A DNA stretch of 64,000 bases, from contig OZ037836.1 of NCBI GenBank assembly GCA_964035575.1, positions 1,736,001 to 1,800,000 of the forward strand. Direction: 5' to 3'. Shown here in pieces: positions 1 to 10,420 of the stretch. The position numbers and the translations under genes were made by a program. The notes below the pieces were generated by a model. The model saw nothing but the letters and a program-made list of their open reading frames with translations, was not told the origin of the DNA and searched no databases. The stretch's first letter is position 1. Each line of letters starts with the position of its first letter. This DNA is from Rhynchopus sp. YZ270_cl-10. Lineage: Eukaryota.

Positions 1-1599
1 ATGCCACCCCGGTATCACTGTAAAGGAACCGGCCGTAAATGAGAGATAAATGTGCATCCGCAGCTTTGCCATAATTGTGCACTAAATAGGTAGCAACAGT
101 GCGCGTTGGAGACGGGTCCACCCAATAGCACAGTTCCACTCATGGAAAATAAAACTGCACTTCTACGTGCAGCGTTGCATTTGTCTCTGAGCTAGCGGTG
201 ACCTGCATATTCCCAAACTCGTGTCACACTGCTTTACCCTATTTCGCTCTTATTGTCCAGAATCACTGTTCTTGCTGTAACGACCATTCCCCCACTCAGA
301 GAGGTCGGCCCGACGATCCAGTGCACGAGACCACAGGCCAGAGGCTCTGGGCCCGATAGGCTAGAGAAATCGTAGACGTCGGTAAATATGTAGTATGGCT
401 CGGAGGGGTCGCGACGCTTCTCCTGTGGTGGGGAGTGGTTAGAGTAATAAGGGAATAAAACGCATCAGAGAGTAGTGAACTGTATGTAAAATAGTCTGGA
501 ACAGCGCGCTCACCGGCCGCCAACGTGGGATACAAAAGACGCACCAGCTGTGCTCCAGCCCGGCAGCACAAGAAAGAAGAGTGTATAAAATGACCCTAAA
601 CCTCTCGTGCTTAGCCACCTTATCGCGGAGCAACATTTTGCGCAGGCCTCCACAAGTATAAGTCCCACACAACTATAAGTCCGGGTGCGCCAATGGATCA
701 GAGGAAGACAACAGCGCTCCAACCACCAATAGATGCTCCCTGTGTGTGATAGGGGACCACATGTGAAACAAGTACAATACAATGATTGAAGGCACTCAAG
801 TCACCCTTACGCCTGTCACTAGCGTCCGACAATGAGGAGGCCTTTGAACTGTAAAAAATATTAAATATGATGATATGAACTAAAGTCTCTTCTGTTAAAA
901 TGACATTGATATAATATACAAGTATGAAACAAACATGACGGAACCCCAAACGTGAACCTAGTCCTCGAATACCGGGGAACCATGTGTCATTATCGCAACT
1001 CTGCGACACTACCGCGAGCTCGCACGCATCACTGAAACAGATGCGGTTGCACAGCATGCCACCGCTGAACAGATGAATACATGAGAGCTGCGGCAGCATA
1101 AAGTACAGATCGGCTCTGCCCTCGGACTGTAAAAAAGGTGTTGGTAACCTGAAGGTATCTGGTGTCCTGCTCCTGAGACGCTTCAACCCAGATGGGGGTG
1201 AAAAACAACGTCGTTACGCCGCAGATTTTGCACTGAGTCTGCACATCATTAGGTGTATCGGGGAACCCCTGAGAGGTACACATCACGGTGGTGGGCAGTA
1301 CTGAGGCGGCCTGGTCTGCACACCCCAACAAAAACGATCACCATCTCGTTCCCGAATAAACGTTGCAAGCAATGCGTACAAAAGAACCGCTGTGAAGAGC
1401 ACAGAAAGTCCTCAGCCCCATTGACGCTAAACGTGCCGTCGACAAGCCAGTCCAAAACGGAGAAGCCTCCACTGAAGCACCACGCAGGACACGTACAGAA
1501 CGGCCTCGTGCTATGCTACGATACAGAGGCCAGGATGGCTGGAAACATAAAGATCGTCTTCGCCACCGTCAGGGTTAGACACAGTTCCTCAAAACACAG

Positions 1600-2500
1600 A
1601 TAAGTGCTCGAGAGAGTGGCCTGCCCACGCAGGATTCTGTTTGCACCACCGCACTGCGGACGACCCCCCTTCGGCAGCTCTCGTTCAGGTGTAGTCGACA
1701 ACTCCTCCCTCTGCGGCACAAGCAACTCGGTGGACACCGAAGACTTCACTGTCGCGCAAGGGAAGACGACTGAGTTCGAAAGACCGATGCTGCAACGGGC
1801 GAAAAATAACCGTATTCAGTGTCCTCTTAAAGGACGGGAAATTTCCCAAGGGAGGTGCAGTACCGTCTGACAACATCGGCACTATCTTAGCTGGAAACAC
1901 GAAGCACGCGGCGCTGCTTAACACGCACGCCTCGGGAAACCTTGTGGAGATGACGCAGATCAGCGACGATGCGTTTCACCGTACGCGCGTTTGCGTCGAA
2001 CCCGATGAGACGTTCAATGATCAGAGCTAAACGCCTGGGACGGGGACCACTAAGACTTCCCCAGAGCCGTTCATCGATGGCTAGCTCGTTGATTTGTCTG
2101 GGCGAAGAAAACGATGCCGACTACCCCGAGAACCCTCCATCTGGAAACACGACAAGCAGCGAAGGCCGTATCGTGCTCATCTGTGACGACAGGACTGGGT
2201 GCGCATCTCTGCTGCAACGGAAGGGTGACAGTCCCTTTGCAGTGGACCGTCAGATGTGACGGCAATGTTTTTAAATACACCGTACCATACGACACTCACA
2301 GAAGGGGAGGCGTAGGACGTATGCTGCCATTAGGAAGCCCTCTCTTGGTACTGTATGCCGCTGCCATCTGCTAGAGACACCACCCACTGCCACTCATAGG
2401 CATCTCGGCCTCAGGGACACCCTAACCCCCCGTATACATCGGAGACGAAGGCGCACAATGCGATCAGCAAACGTGAGCAGCGGAGCAAATCCCCAGTACA
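1600..2500 (+). pseudogene. Possible degenerate RT/RNase H relic (DIRS/TATE-like)
   Basis: Broken plus-strand ORFs with GVVDNSSLCG, IVLICDDRTG and VSSGANP in the order and rough spacing of YIDN, FTDAS and S..NPAD motifs. Weak. Confidence 0.2.
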
Positions 2501-3108
2501 GAGTTGATGCCTGTTCCATATGTGTCTGCACTTTCATAGTGCAGCGCGCAGAACCCCGTGTAGCGAAGTCCACCGTGCAGAGGCATGTCTTCAATCACAA
2601 CCAAAGCAGATGCGTAACTGATAACAATGCAACGTCACAGTGGTTCTCGAGAAGAAGTAGGATGGAATCGCAGTCGCAGCTCCTGCCTGCAGGAGCAAAC
2701 AAGCCACCTTCGGATAATTGCATACATCAGTCACCATATTGAAGCCAAACCTCTTCGGATCAGTCACCTGCTCCAACCGTTAGCCAGCAGCAAAAGTAAT
2801 ATGAGCCGAAACTGATGAAAGCGGGGATGTGTAGGACGATCGTCTTTCATAACAGCGTCTCCTACCCCCCTCTGGCACCCGGCCAGCTGTGGCTAAATAA
2901 ATAGGAAGCCACGACGCACAGAAGTCAGCCGCGTCCTGTTTGAGGCTCAGCGCCAGTAGTGCTACCTACAAACGTACCACAAACAAAGAGGACCCATCGC
3001 TTCGTCAGCGGGCTGACTCCGCCCAAAACTAGCTCTTCTTTTTCATCGTCATCTTCATCTTCTTCATTTTGAAAAGTTGATGACGTGTTGACACCTCGCA
3101 ATGAAGCA

Positions 3109-3110
<2 letters not shown>

Positions 3111-3155
<45 letters not shown>
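3111..3155. repeat. T45 homopolymer (A45 on the minus strand, preceded by AATAAA)
   Basis: Direct count; minus strand reads caAATAAAtaattag(A)45. Confidence 0.9.
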
Positions 3156-4197
3156 CTAATTATTTATTTGAAACGCAGAGTTTGTTTTGGCCCCGTCTGT
3201 GAGTGTTGGTTGAATTGGAGTCGGGGAGCAGAGGTTGGGGAGAAAAGAGAGAGAGGAAACACATACAAGACTATCGAATTATACACACAAATTTCATCCT
3301 TCGATTCCAAAAAGGTCCGATCCTTACAGTTTGTATTATTTCCTAACAACCACTCCGTTACACTGCGTTACGCTGCGTTACACTGCGTTGTTGTCTGCAA
3401 AAAAACAGTATCAGCAGTGAATGAGAGACGTCAATACCTGGTGTACAAAAAGAAACAAAACGGTTTCGGTCACGATTAAGTAAAAACAGTATCAGAAGTA
3501 CCATTTGGTCAGCAATGTTATTTCAATGACACAAGGTAGGTGACAACACCTCCCCCCTCCCCCCCCTCCTTTTTTTCAGTTGTGTGCGCACGTTTGGGAA
3601 AAGGCAACGTCCCCCCCTCCCCTCCGCCAACTCCATTTTCTTGGAGCTTCCAGGACCGTACATGCTCAGGAAAATGAAAAGAGCTTTTCAAAAAAAAGGC
3701 CTCAACCCGCGTGTCTCTTCTCCCTCTCCCACTCTTCTTACGATTTACAAGGACGGTCTCAGAACCGTAACCTACAAACAACATTTCGAAGGGTGTTAGT
3801 ACTACCAGGGTGTGTCCAAGCAGCCAGGTAAGACTGCCCCCCTTGGGAAGACATTTTTCATAAAAGCTGCTCTCAAGGGCGACTGACGTCTATATCTTGT
3901 GTAGTACAAAATGGCTTCGGCCAATATTGAGTACAGACCTTATTAGCCCCAGGTGAGCTCTTGGGTGATTGTCGGCACAACAAACAAAAAAGCGAACAAA
4001 GAAATCAATTCGTCGGAGGCAACTTTGTCTCTCACCCTTTGAAATTCCTCAGTCTTAGGACGACTTTGTGCACAGAGTTTGTCGTGGCGGTATTTGTTGT
4101 TCCAACGGGAAAAAAGAAAAAGAAAAAAAAAAAAGACACACACATGGAAAACACCATAACAGCCTTTTGACCCTTCCTCTCCCATCTATCCCGCCCA

Positions 4198-4431
4198 CCC
4201 TCGGGACGGCACGGACGCAACCTTGAGGTGTCTGCACGTTCGCACATCCACTTTTATTACTCGAACCCACCCCATCCTGTTCCCCACCCCACCCAACCCA
4301 TATCCATCATTCCACCATCAGGACCCAAGCCAGAGCAAGAGAGAGAGAGAGAGAGAGAGAGACGAAAGGAAGCGTCAAGCCGGGTGTGTGTCTTGGTGTC
4401 TTTGCCCTTGGAGGGTAGACACGAAGCAGCA
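4198..4431 (+). promoter_or_regulatory. Conserved upstream/5' leader block with (GA)n tract shared by genes A-D
   Basis: ccctcgggacgg..gcaaccttgaggtgtctgcacg..(ga)n..cacgaagcagcaATG recurs at ~21597-21820, ~40050-40253 and ~52994-53228. Function not demonstrable from sequence. Confidence 0.55.
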
Positions 4432-7400
4432 ATGCCGAGGTTGATGTACATGCGCGAGGTTGTGCTGCTGTCTGCTGCAGTGGCAAGCCACGCTGCGTGC
4501 ACAGACTACGGGACCGACGCGACGGCGTGCGGTGCTGACGCAGCGTGTCTGTGGAGCCCTGTGTGGTACCCTGATCTGTGCACGGAGCGTTGGCTTGACG
4601 AGTGTGCTGTGGTGTGTCCGACGTGTGCGGACACCGGAGGCGGGAACCTGTGCACGAAGGAGGGACAGACGTGCAAGGACGTGAACACTGCGGCAGACTC
4701 GAAGGGGGACTGGGAGTGCCGCTGCCCGCCGCCGTTTGAGGAGAAGTTTGTGAAGGCTGGGCTGGCGGTGTGCAGTGTCGACGAGTGTGCGGACATGCTG
4801 GGCGGGAAGGTGAACGGGGCTGTGTGTGTGGACAACGGGCAGCTGTGCCACGACACGCACCTCGACACGCTGAACGACTTTTACTGCGTGTGCCCGCCGC
4901 CGCGGCACGGAACGAAGACAGGGGCACCTGCAGAGTGTGTGAAGGACGAGTGCCTGCTGCACGAGGATGTGTGCAAGGGGGCAAAGCAGACCTGTCTGGA
5001 CATCGACACCCAGGTGGACAACAACTGGGAGTGCCTGTGCGCACCGCCGTCGTCGAGCACGCAGCTGATGGGGGCCGCTGTGTGCGAGGTGGACGAGTGT
5101 GTGGAGAACAGGCGCATCTGCGAGGGTGCGTCGCCGCCGCAGGAGTGTGTCGACGTGGACCGCACCCGCGACGACGACTGGGAGTGCAGGTGCCAGGTGC
5201 CGGCATCGGGCACTGCTGTGGCTGCTGCTGCGGCGTGTGTGCTTGACGAGTGCGTGGCGACGTGCGCGACGTGTGAGAAGGACTTGTGCACGAGGGCAGG
5301 ACAGACCTGTGTGGACCCGAACACTGCGCTTGGGAGCCAGAACGACTGGGAGTGTGTGTGCCCGGTGCCGTCGTCTGTGACTGCAAAGGTGTCTGTGGCG
5401 GAGTGCCCTGTCGACGAGTGTGTGGACTCGTGTACGACATGCGCGAAGGACGTGTGCAAGGCAGCGGGACAGATGTGCGTGGACGAGAACAAGGACCCTG
5501 TGCTTGGGCTGAACACATGGGAGTGCAGGTGCATTGCGCCCTCGTCTGGGTCGAAGGTCGCGGGTGCGGCGGTGTGTGTGGAGGACGAGTGCTCGTCGCA
5601 CGCGTCGACCTGCACGGGTGCGGGGCAGGACTGCGTCGACCCGTCGACAACGACGAAGGGAGACTGGCGTTGCGAGTGCAGGCAGCCGTCGACTGGGACA
5701 GCAACTGCGGGGGCGGCCAAGTGCTCGACGAACGAGTGCGACTTCCACGAGAAGACGTGTTCCGACGTGGGACAGGTGTGCTACGACCCGGACCTGTCGG
5801 CGCAGTCGCTTGGTGACTGGAACTGCACATGTGTGGCCCCGTACTCTGGGACGCAGGTGGGTGCGGCAGCAAAGTGCCTTGTGGATGAGTGTGAGCTGTA
5901 CGGACAGGTGTGCACGGCTGCAGGACAGACCTGTGTTGACGAGGAGAAGGGGATGGCAGGGTTCTGGAAGTGTGTGTGCCCGCCACCGAACAATAAGGTC
6001 AAGCGTGACATGGGTGTGGCGGACTGCACGTTCGACGAGTGCACAACGGACGTGGTGTGCAAGTCGTACGGGCAGACATGCGTTGACACCGACAAGGACA
6101 ACACGGGGACGTGGGCGTGTGAGTGCATTCCACCGCAGACAGGGGCACCAACAACGGGGTTACCTGCGATCTGCAAGGACCCCGTGGGTGACTGCGACAA
6201 GAACGGGGCGACGTGCCACGCTGCTGGACAGACATGTGACCCCGGTGCTCCCCTCGACCAGCAGTTTGAGTGCAAATGCCTCCCGCCAGCAACAACCGTG
6301 ACGCCCGGGCAGAACGGGGCTGCCGAGTGCAAGCTGGACGAGTGTGTGGAGAAGTGCCCAACGTGTGCGGACAAGGACGACGGAAAGGGCAACGTGTGCA
6401 CAAGCGCTACTGGCCCGCCCCAGGAGTGTGAGGACCTGAGCACTGACCCGAACTCCGTGAACGACTGGCGCTGCAAGTGCGTGAAGCCGTACACCGGGGT
6501 GATGACGACAGCACCCGCAGAGTGCGCGCTGGACGAGTGTCTGGTGAAGTGCCCGACGTGTGCAGACAAGGACGACGGAAAGGGCAACGCATGCACAAGC
6601 GCTACTGGCCCGCCCCAGGAGTGCGAGGACCTGAACACTGCGATAACCAGCCTACAGGACTGGACGTGCACGTGCAAGACGAGTACACAGTCTGCAGTCG
6701 CGTCGGCTGTGGCAATGTGCGTGGAAGGGAAGGACGAGTGCCTCGAGATCTCATCGGCGGTGACGTGCGGGCACAAGCCGCGCTACACGCAGGATGGGTG
6801 CCTCTGCGCGTGTGACTGGACGGCGGTGTTCAAGGACGCGAACGGGGACCTGATTACACTGCCGCCGGGCCCCGGGTCCACGGAGCCGTGTGCGTCGGGA
6901 TGCTGCAACCCCCAGTCGGACCCGGATGGTGACTGGTGCTACCTGGCGCTCCACGACTACAACAGGAACAAGGGAGGTGTGTGCACAGCGAGGCGCCAGA
7001 CCTGCTCTGCCGCAGGGACCCTGCCGCAGGATGGTGGCGTGGCTGTGGTGCGCGACCCAATTGCAGGGGTGCCGAGTGCACAGAACAACGTGTGCACGGA
7101 CGCGGGGCAGCTCTGCGTGGAGCCCGATCTGCTCACCACAGACGACTGGATGTGCCAGTGCGTGCTGCCGATGACAGGGACGCCCGGCCAGCACGCGATT
7201 GCGATCTGTGTTGAGACACCACGCACGCCCACTCCACCAACGTACTCACCTGATACACAGGTACCAGCCACAACAACACCACGTACGCTCACGCCGTCAA
7301 CGTACTCACCTGACACAGAGGTACCATCAACAACACCTCTGACGTTTACGCCACCAACGTACTCACCTGACACAGAGGTGCCAGCCACAACAACACCTCT

Positions 7401-10029
7401 GACGTTTACGCCACCAACGTACTCACCTGACACAGAGGTGCCAGCCACAACAACACCTCTAACGTTCACGCCACCAACGTACTCACCTGACACAGAGGTA
7501 CCATCAACAACACCTCTGACGTTTACGCCACCAACGTACTCACCTGACACAGAGGTGCCAGCCACAACAACACCTCTAACGTTCACGCCACCAACGTACT
7601 CACCTGACACAGAGGTACCAGCCACAACACCTCTGACATTTACGCCACCAACGTACTCACCTGACACACGGGTACCAGCCACAACAACGCCACGTACGCT
7701 CACGCCACCAACGTACTCACCTGACACACAGGTGCCAGCCACAGCAGCACCACGCACGCTCACGCCGTCAACGCACTCACCTGATTACACAGTTGCACCA
7801 CCTGGGTTCAGCCGTGTGCCTGTGACAGATGCTCCTAGTAAGACACTCTCACCTGACACACAGGTGCCATCCACAGCAGCACCACGTACGCTCACACCGT
7901 CAACGCACTCACCGGATGTCACAGTTGCACCACCTGGGTTCAGCCGTGTGCCTGTGACAGATGCTCCTGGTAAGACACTCTCACCTGACACACAGGTGCC
8001 ATCCACAGCAGCACCACGCACGCTCACACCATCAACGCACTCACCTGATGACACAGTTGCACCACCTGGGTTCAGCCGTGTGCCCGTGACAGATGCTCCT
8101 GGTAAGACACTCTCACCTGACACACAGGTGCCATCCACAGCAGCACCACGTACGCTCACACCATCAACGTACTCACCTGATGACACAGCTGCACCACCTG
8201 GGTTCAGCCGTGTGCCCGTGACAGATGCTCCTGGTCGGACACTCTCGCCTGACACACAGGTACCATACACAACAGCACCACGCACGCTCACACCATCAAC
8301 GCACTCACCTGATGACACAGTTGCACCACCTGGGTTCAGCCGTGTGCCTGTGACAGATGCTCCTGGTAAGACACTCTCACCTGACACACAGGTGCCATCC
8401 ACAGCAGCACCACGCACGCTCACACCATCAACGCACTCACCTGATGACACAGTTGCACCACCTGGGTTCAGCCGTGTGCCCGTGACAGATGCTCCTGGTA
8501 AGACACTCTCACCTGACACACAGGTGCCATCCACAGCAGCACCACGTACGCTCACACCGTCAACGCACTCACCTGATGACACAGTTGCACCACCTGGGTT
8601 CAGCCGTGTGCCCGTGACAGATGCTCCTGGTAAGACACTCTCACCTGACACACAGGTGCCATCCACAGCAGCACCACGCACGCTTGCACCATCAACGTAC
8701 TCACCTGATGACACAGCTGCACCACCTGGGTTCAGCCGTGTGCCCGTGACAGATGCTCCTGGTAAGACACTCTCACCTGACACACAGGTGCCATCCACAG
8801 CAGCACCACGTACGCTCACACCGTCAACGCACTCACCTGATGTCACAGTTGCACCACCTGGGTTCAGCCGTGTGCCTGTGACAGATGCTCCTGGTCGGAC
8901 ACTCTCACCTGACACACAGGTGCCATCCACAGCAGCACCACGCACGCTCACACCATCAACGCACTCACCTGATGACACAGTTGCACCACCTGGGTTCAGC
9001 CGTGTGCCCGTGACAGATGCTCCTGGTAAGACACTCTCACCTGACACACAGGTGCCATCCACAGCAGCACCACGTACGCTCACACCGTCAACGCACTCAC
9101 CTGATGACACAGTTGCACCACCTGGGTTCAGCCGTGTGCCCGTGACAGATGCTCCTGGTAAGACACTCTCACCTGACACACAGGTGCCATCCACAGCAGC
9201 ACCACGCACGCTTGCACCATCAACGTACTCACCTGATGACACAGCTGCACCACCTGGGTTCAGCCGTGTGCCCGTGACAGATGCTCCTGGTAAGACACTC
9301 TCACCTGACACACAGGTGCCATCCACAGCAGCACCAAGCACGCTCACGCCGTCAACGCACTCACCTGATGTCACAGTTGCACCACCTGGGTTCAGCCGTG
9401 TGCCTGTGACAGATGCTCCTGGTCGGACACTCTCACCTGACACACAGGTGCCATCCACAGCAGCACCACGCACGCTCACACCATCAACGCACTCACCTGA
9501 TGACACAGCTGCACCACCTGGGTTCAGCCGTGTGCCCGTGACAGATGCTCCTGATCGGACACTCTCACCTGACACACAGGTGCCATCCACAGCAGTACCA
9601 TCAGCAGTGCTGACCGCCACCCCAGATGATGCAATGCTCAACGACACTGACGCACCTGCCTTAGGTGCCTCCAATACTTCAGACGACACAGCTGCCCCGA
9701 CAGCGCAACCAACGACAGTGCCGGACACGTCGCCACCTGCAGGGTCGATGTCTGGTAGCGCTGCCGGTGCTGGGGAGGAGTTGGACGCCGAGAGCGACGG
9801 GGGTGGGTCTGCCGTTGGTCTGATTGTGGGTGTTGTGGGTGGTGTGCTGTGTTTGTGTGCGGCTGTTGGGGGCGGCTTGTGGTACAGACACAGTGCGAGA
9901 GAGTCCACCAAGTTTGACGATGTGCACGCACTTGAAAATGCAATCCCCTTTGGTGATACAGCACTCTATGATTTCGAAGCAGGTGACGAGTTGCAGGCAG
10001 CGGAAGGGGACGAGACTGTGCTGCTGTGA
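4432..10029 (+). CDS. Gene A: Cys-rich EGF-like-repeat, mucin-stalk type-I membrane protein (~1865 aa)
   Basis: Within ORF 4228..10029; start moved to ATG 4432 (MPRLMYMREVVLLSAAVASHAA, signal-peptide-like, same start as paralogs B-D). Repeats C-x-[VL]DEC..C...GQ.C.DP...DW.C.C..P; one GCCNP..WC module; P/T/S stalk; TM segment AVGLIVGVVGGVLCLCAAVGGGLWY; tail ends DETVLL. Confidence 0.9.
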   Translation: MPRLMYMREVVLLSAAVASHAACTDYGTDATACGADAACLWSPVWYPDLCTERWLDECAVVCPTCADTGGGNLCTKEGQTCKDVNTAADSKGDWECRCPPPFEEKFVKAGLAVCSVDECADMLGGKVNGAVCVDNGQLCHDTHLDTLNDFYCVCPPPRHGTKTGAPAECVKDECLLHEDVCKGAKQTCLDIDTQVDNNWECLCAPPSSSTQLMGAAVCEVDECVENRRICEGASPPQECVDVDRTRDDDWECRCQVPASGTAVAAAAACVLDECVATCATCEKDLCTRAGQTCVDPNTALGSQNDWECVCPVPSSVTAKVSVAECPVDECVDSCTTCAKDVCKAAGQMCVDENKDPVLGLNTWECRCIAPSSGSKVAGAAVCVEDECSSHASTCTGAGQDCVDPSTTTKGDWRCECRQPSTGTATAGAAKCSTNECDFHEKTCSDVGQVCYDPDLSAQSLGDWNCTCVAPYSGTQVGAAAKCLVDECELYGQVCTAAGQTCVDEEKGMAGFWKCVCPPPNNKVKRDMGVADCTFDECTTDVVCKSYGQTCVDTDKDNTGTWACECIPPQTGAPTTGLPAICKDPVGDCDKNGATCHAAGQTCDPGAPLDQQFECKCLPPATTVTPGQNGAAECKLDECVEKCPTCADKDDGKGNVCTSATGPPQECEDLSTDPNSVNDWRCKCVKPYTGVMTTAPAECALDECLVKCPTCADKDDGKGNACTSATGPPQECEDLNTAITSLQDWTCTCKTSTQSAVASAVAMCVEGKDECLEISSAVTCGHKPRYTQDGCLCACDWTAVFKDANGDLITLPPGPGSTEPCASGCCNPQSDPDGDWCYLALHDYNRNKGGVCTARRQTCSAAGTLPQDGGVAVVRDPIAGVPSAQNNVCTDAGQLCVEPDLLTTDDWMCQCVLPMTGTPGQHAIAICVETPRTPTPPTYSPDTQVPATTTPRTLTPSTYSPDTEVPSTTPLTFTPPTYSPDTEVPATTTPLTFTPPTYSPDTEVPATTTPLTFTPPTYSPDTEVPSTTPLTFTPPTYSPDTEVPATTTPLTFTPPTYSPDTEVPATTPLTFTPPTYSPDTRVPATTTPRTLTPPTYSPDTQVPATAAPRTLTPSTHSPDYTVAPPGFSRVPVTDAPSKTLSPDTQVPSTAAPRTLTPSTHSPDVTVAPPGFSRVPVTDAPGKTLSPDTQVPSTAAPRTLTPSTHSPDDTVAPPGFSRVPVTDAPGKTLSPDTQVPSTAAPRTLTPSTYSPDDTAAPPGFSRVPVTDAPGRTLSPDTQVPYTTAPRTLTPSTHSPDDTVAPPGFSRVPVTDAPGKTLSPDTQVPSTAAPRTLTPSTHSPDDTVAPPGFSRVPVTDAPGKTLSPDTQVPSTAAPRTLTPSTHSPDDTVAPPGFSRVPVTDAPGKTLSPDTQVPSTAAPRTLAPSTYSPDDTAAPPGFSRVPVTDAPGKTLSPDTQVPSTAAPRTLTPSTHSPDVTVAPPGFSRVPVTDAPGRTLSPDTQVPSTAAPRTLTPSTHSPDDTVAPPGFSRVPVTDAPGKTLSPDTQVPSTAAPRTLTPSTHSPDDTVAPPGFSRVPVTDAPGKTLSPDTQVPSTAAPRTLAPSTYSPDDTAAPPGFSRVPVTDAPGKTLSPDTQVPSTAAPSTLTPSTHSPDVTVAPPGFSRVPVTDAPGRTLSPDTQVPSTAAPRTLTPSTHSPDDTAAPPGFSRVPVTDAPDRTLSPDTQVPSTAVPSAVLTATPDDAMLNDTDAPALGASNTSDDTAAPTAQPTTVPDTSPPAGSMSGSAAGAGEELDAESDGGGSAVGLIVGVVGGVLCLCAAVGGGLWYRHSARESTKFDDVHALENAIPFGDTALYDFEAGDELQAAEGDETVLL
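7231..7794 (+). repeat. Coding minisatellite, 57/60-nt unit (TPPTYSPDTEVPATTTPLTF), 9 units, gene A only
   Basis: Nine YSPDT units counted in the translation. Confidence 0.9.
7795..9600 (+). repeat. Coding minisatellite, 132-nt (44-aa) mucin unit, 14 units (last partial)
   Basis: gcaccacctgggttcagccgt recurs every 132 nt from 7795 to 9511. Confidence 0.92.
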
Positions 10030-10269
10030 TTTCTCTCTGTGGTTGGTGTTGTGTTTGGATCACGACTGTTCCAACGGTGCTTTAACATCCCTACCAAAAA
10101 AGACAGTGGAGATTGCACAACTGTGGCAACACAACCGAGGCAACTACACTACTCCAACAATTTATCAAAAAAAATAATAAAACCTACATCTCGAAACTTT
10201 TCTGCACAAATGATTGCATTGAACGCATCCCAGAGAAACTGTCTCATTTTTGTCAAAAAGCTTTTCCTA

Positions 10270-10420
10270 GTTTCCAGTGCGAAATGTTTCCCCATGTATT
10301 GCACTGGAAACAATATGACAAACAGGTGCAAGGTGGTTCCGTGCATATCATAGAACCCGGCACCTTTGTGTGTCTCCCACAAAACCAAAAAGCGGTGTGT
10401 GTGAAGTTTTGAAGGAAGGA
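10270..10420 (+). repeat. Dispersed intergenic repeat module (other copies ~12640-12775, ~18965-19115, ~36975-37120)
   Basis: Shared catgtattgcac.ggaaacaatatgacaaacag..gtgcatatc..aaaaccaaaagcg..gaagttttgaaggaag. Confidence 0.85.

Noticed and set aside
3355..3390. (cgttacactg)-type 10-nt tandem and the G-rich doublet at ~11573-11612
   Set aside because: Short simple duplications with no further support.
4228..4431. 68-aa N-terminal extension of ORF 4228..10029 (and 16 aa in ORF 21773)
   Set aside because: Non-ATG start, runs through a variable (GA)n tract, not conserved in frame among paralogs; the signal peptide starts at 4432.
7795..9600. CRISPR-like regular repeat
   Set aside because: No unique spacers; in-frame coding minisatellite; no cas genes.
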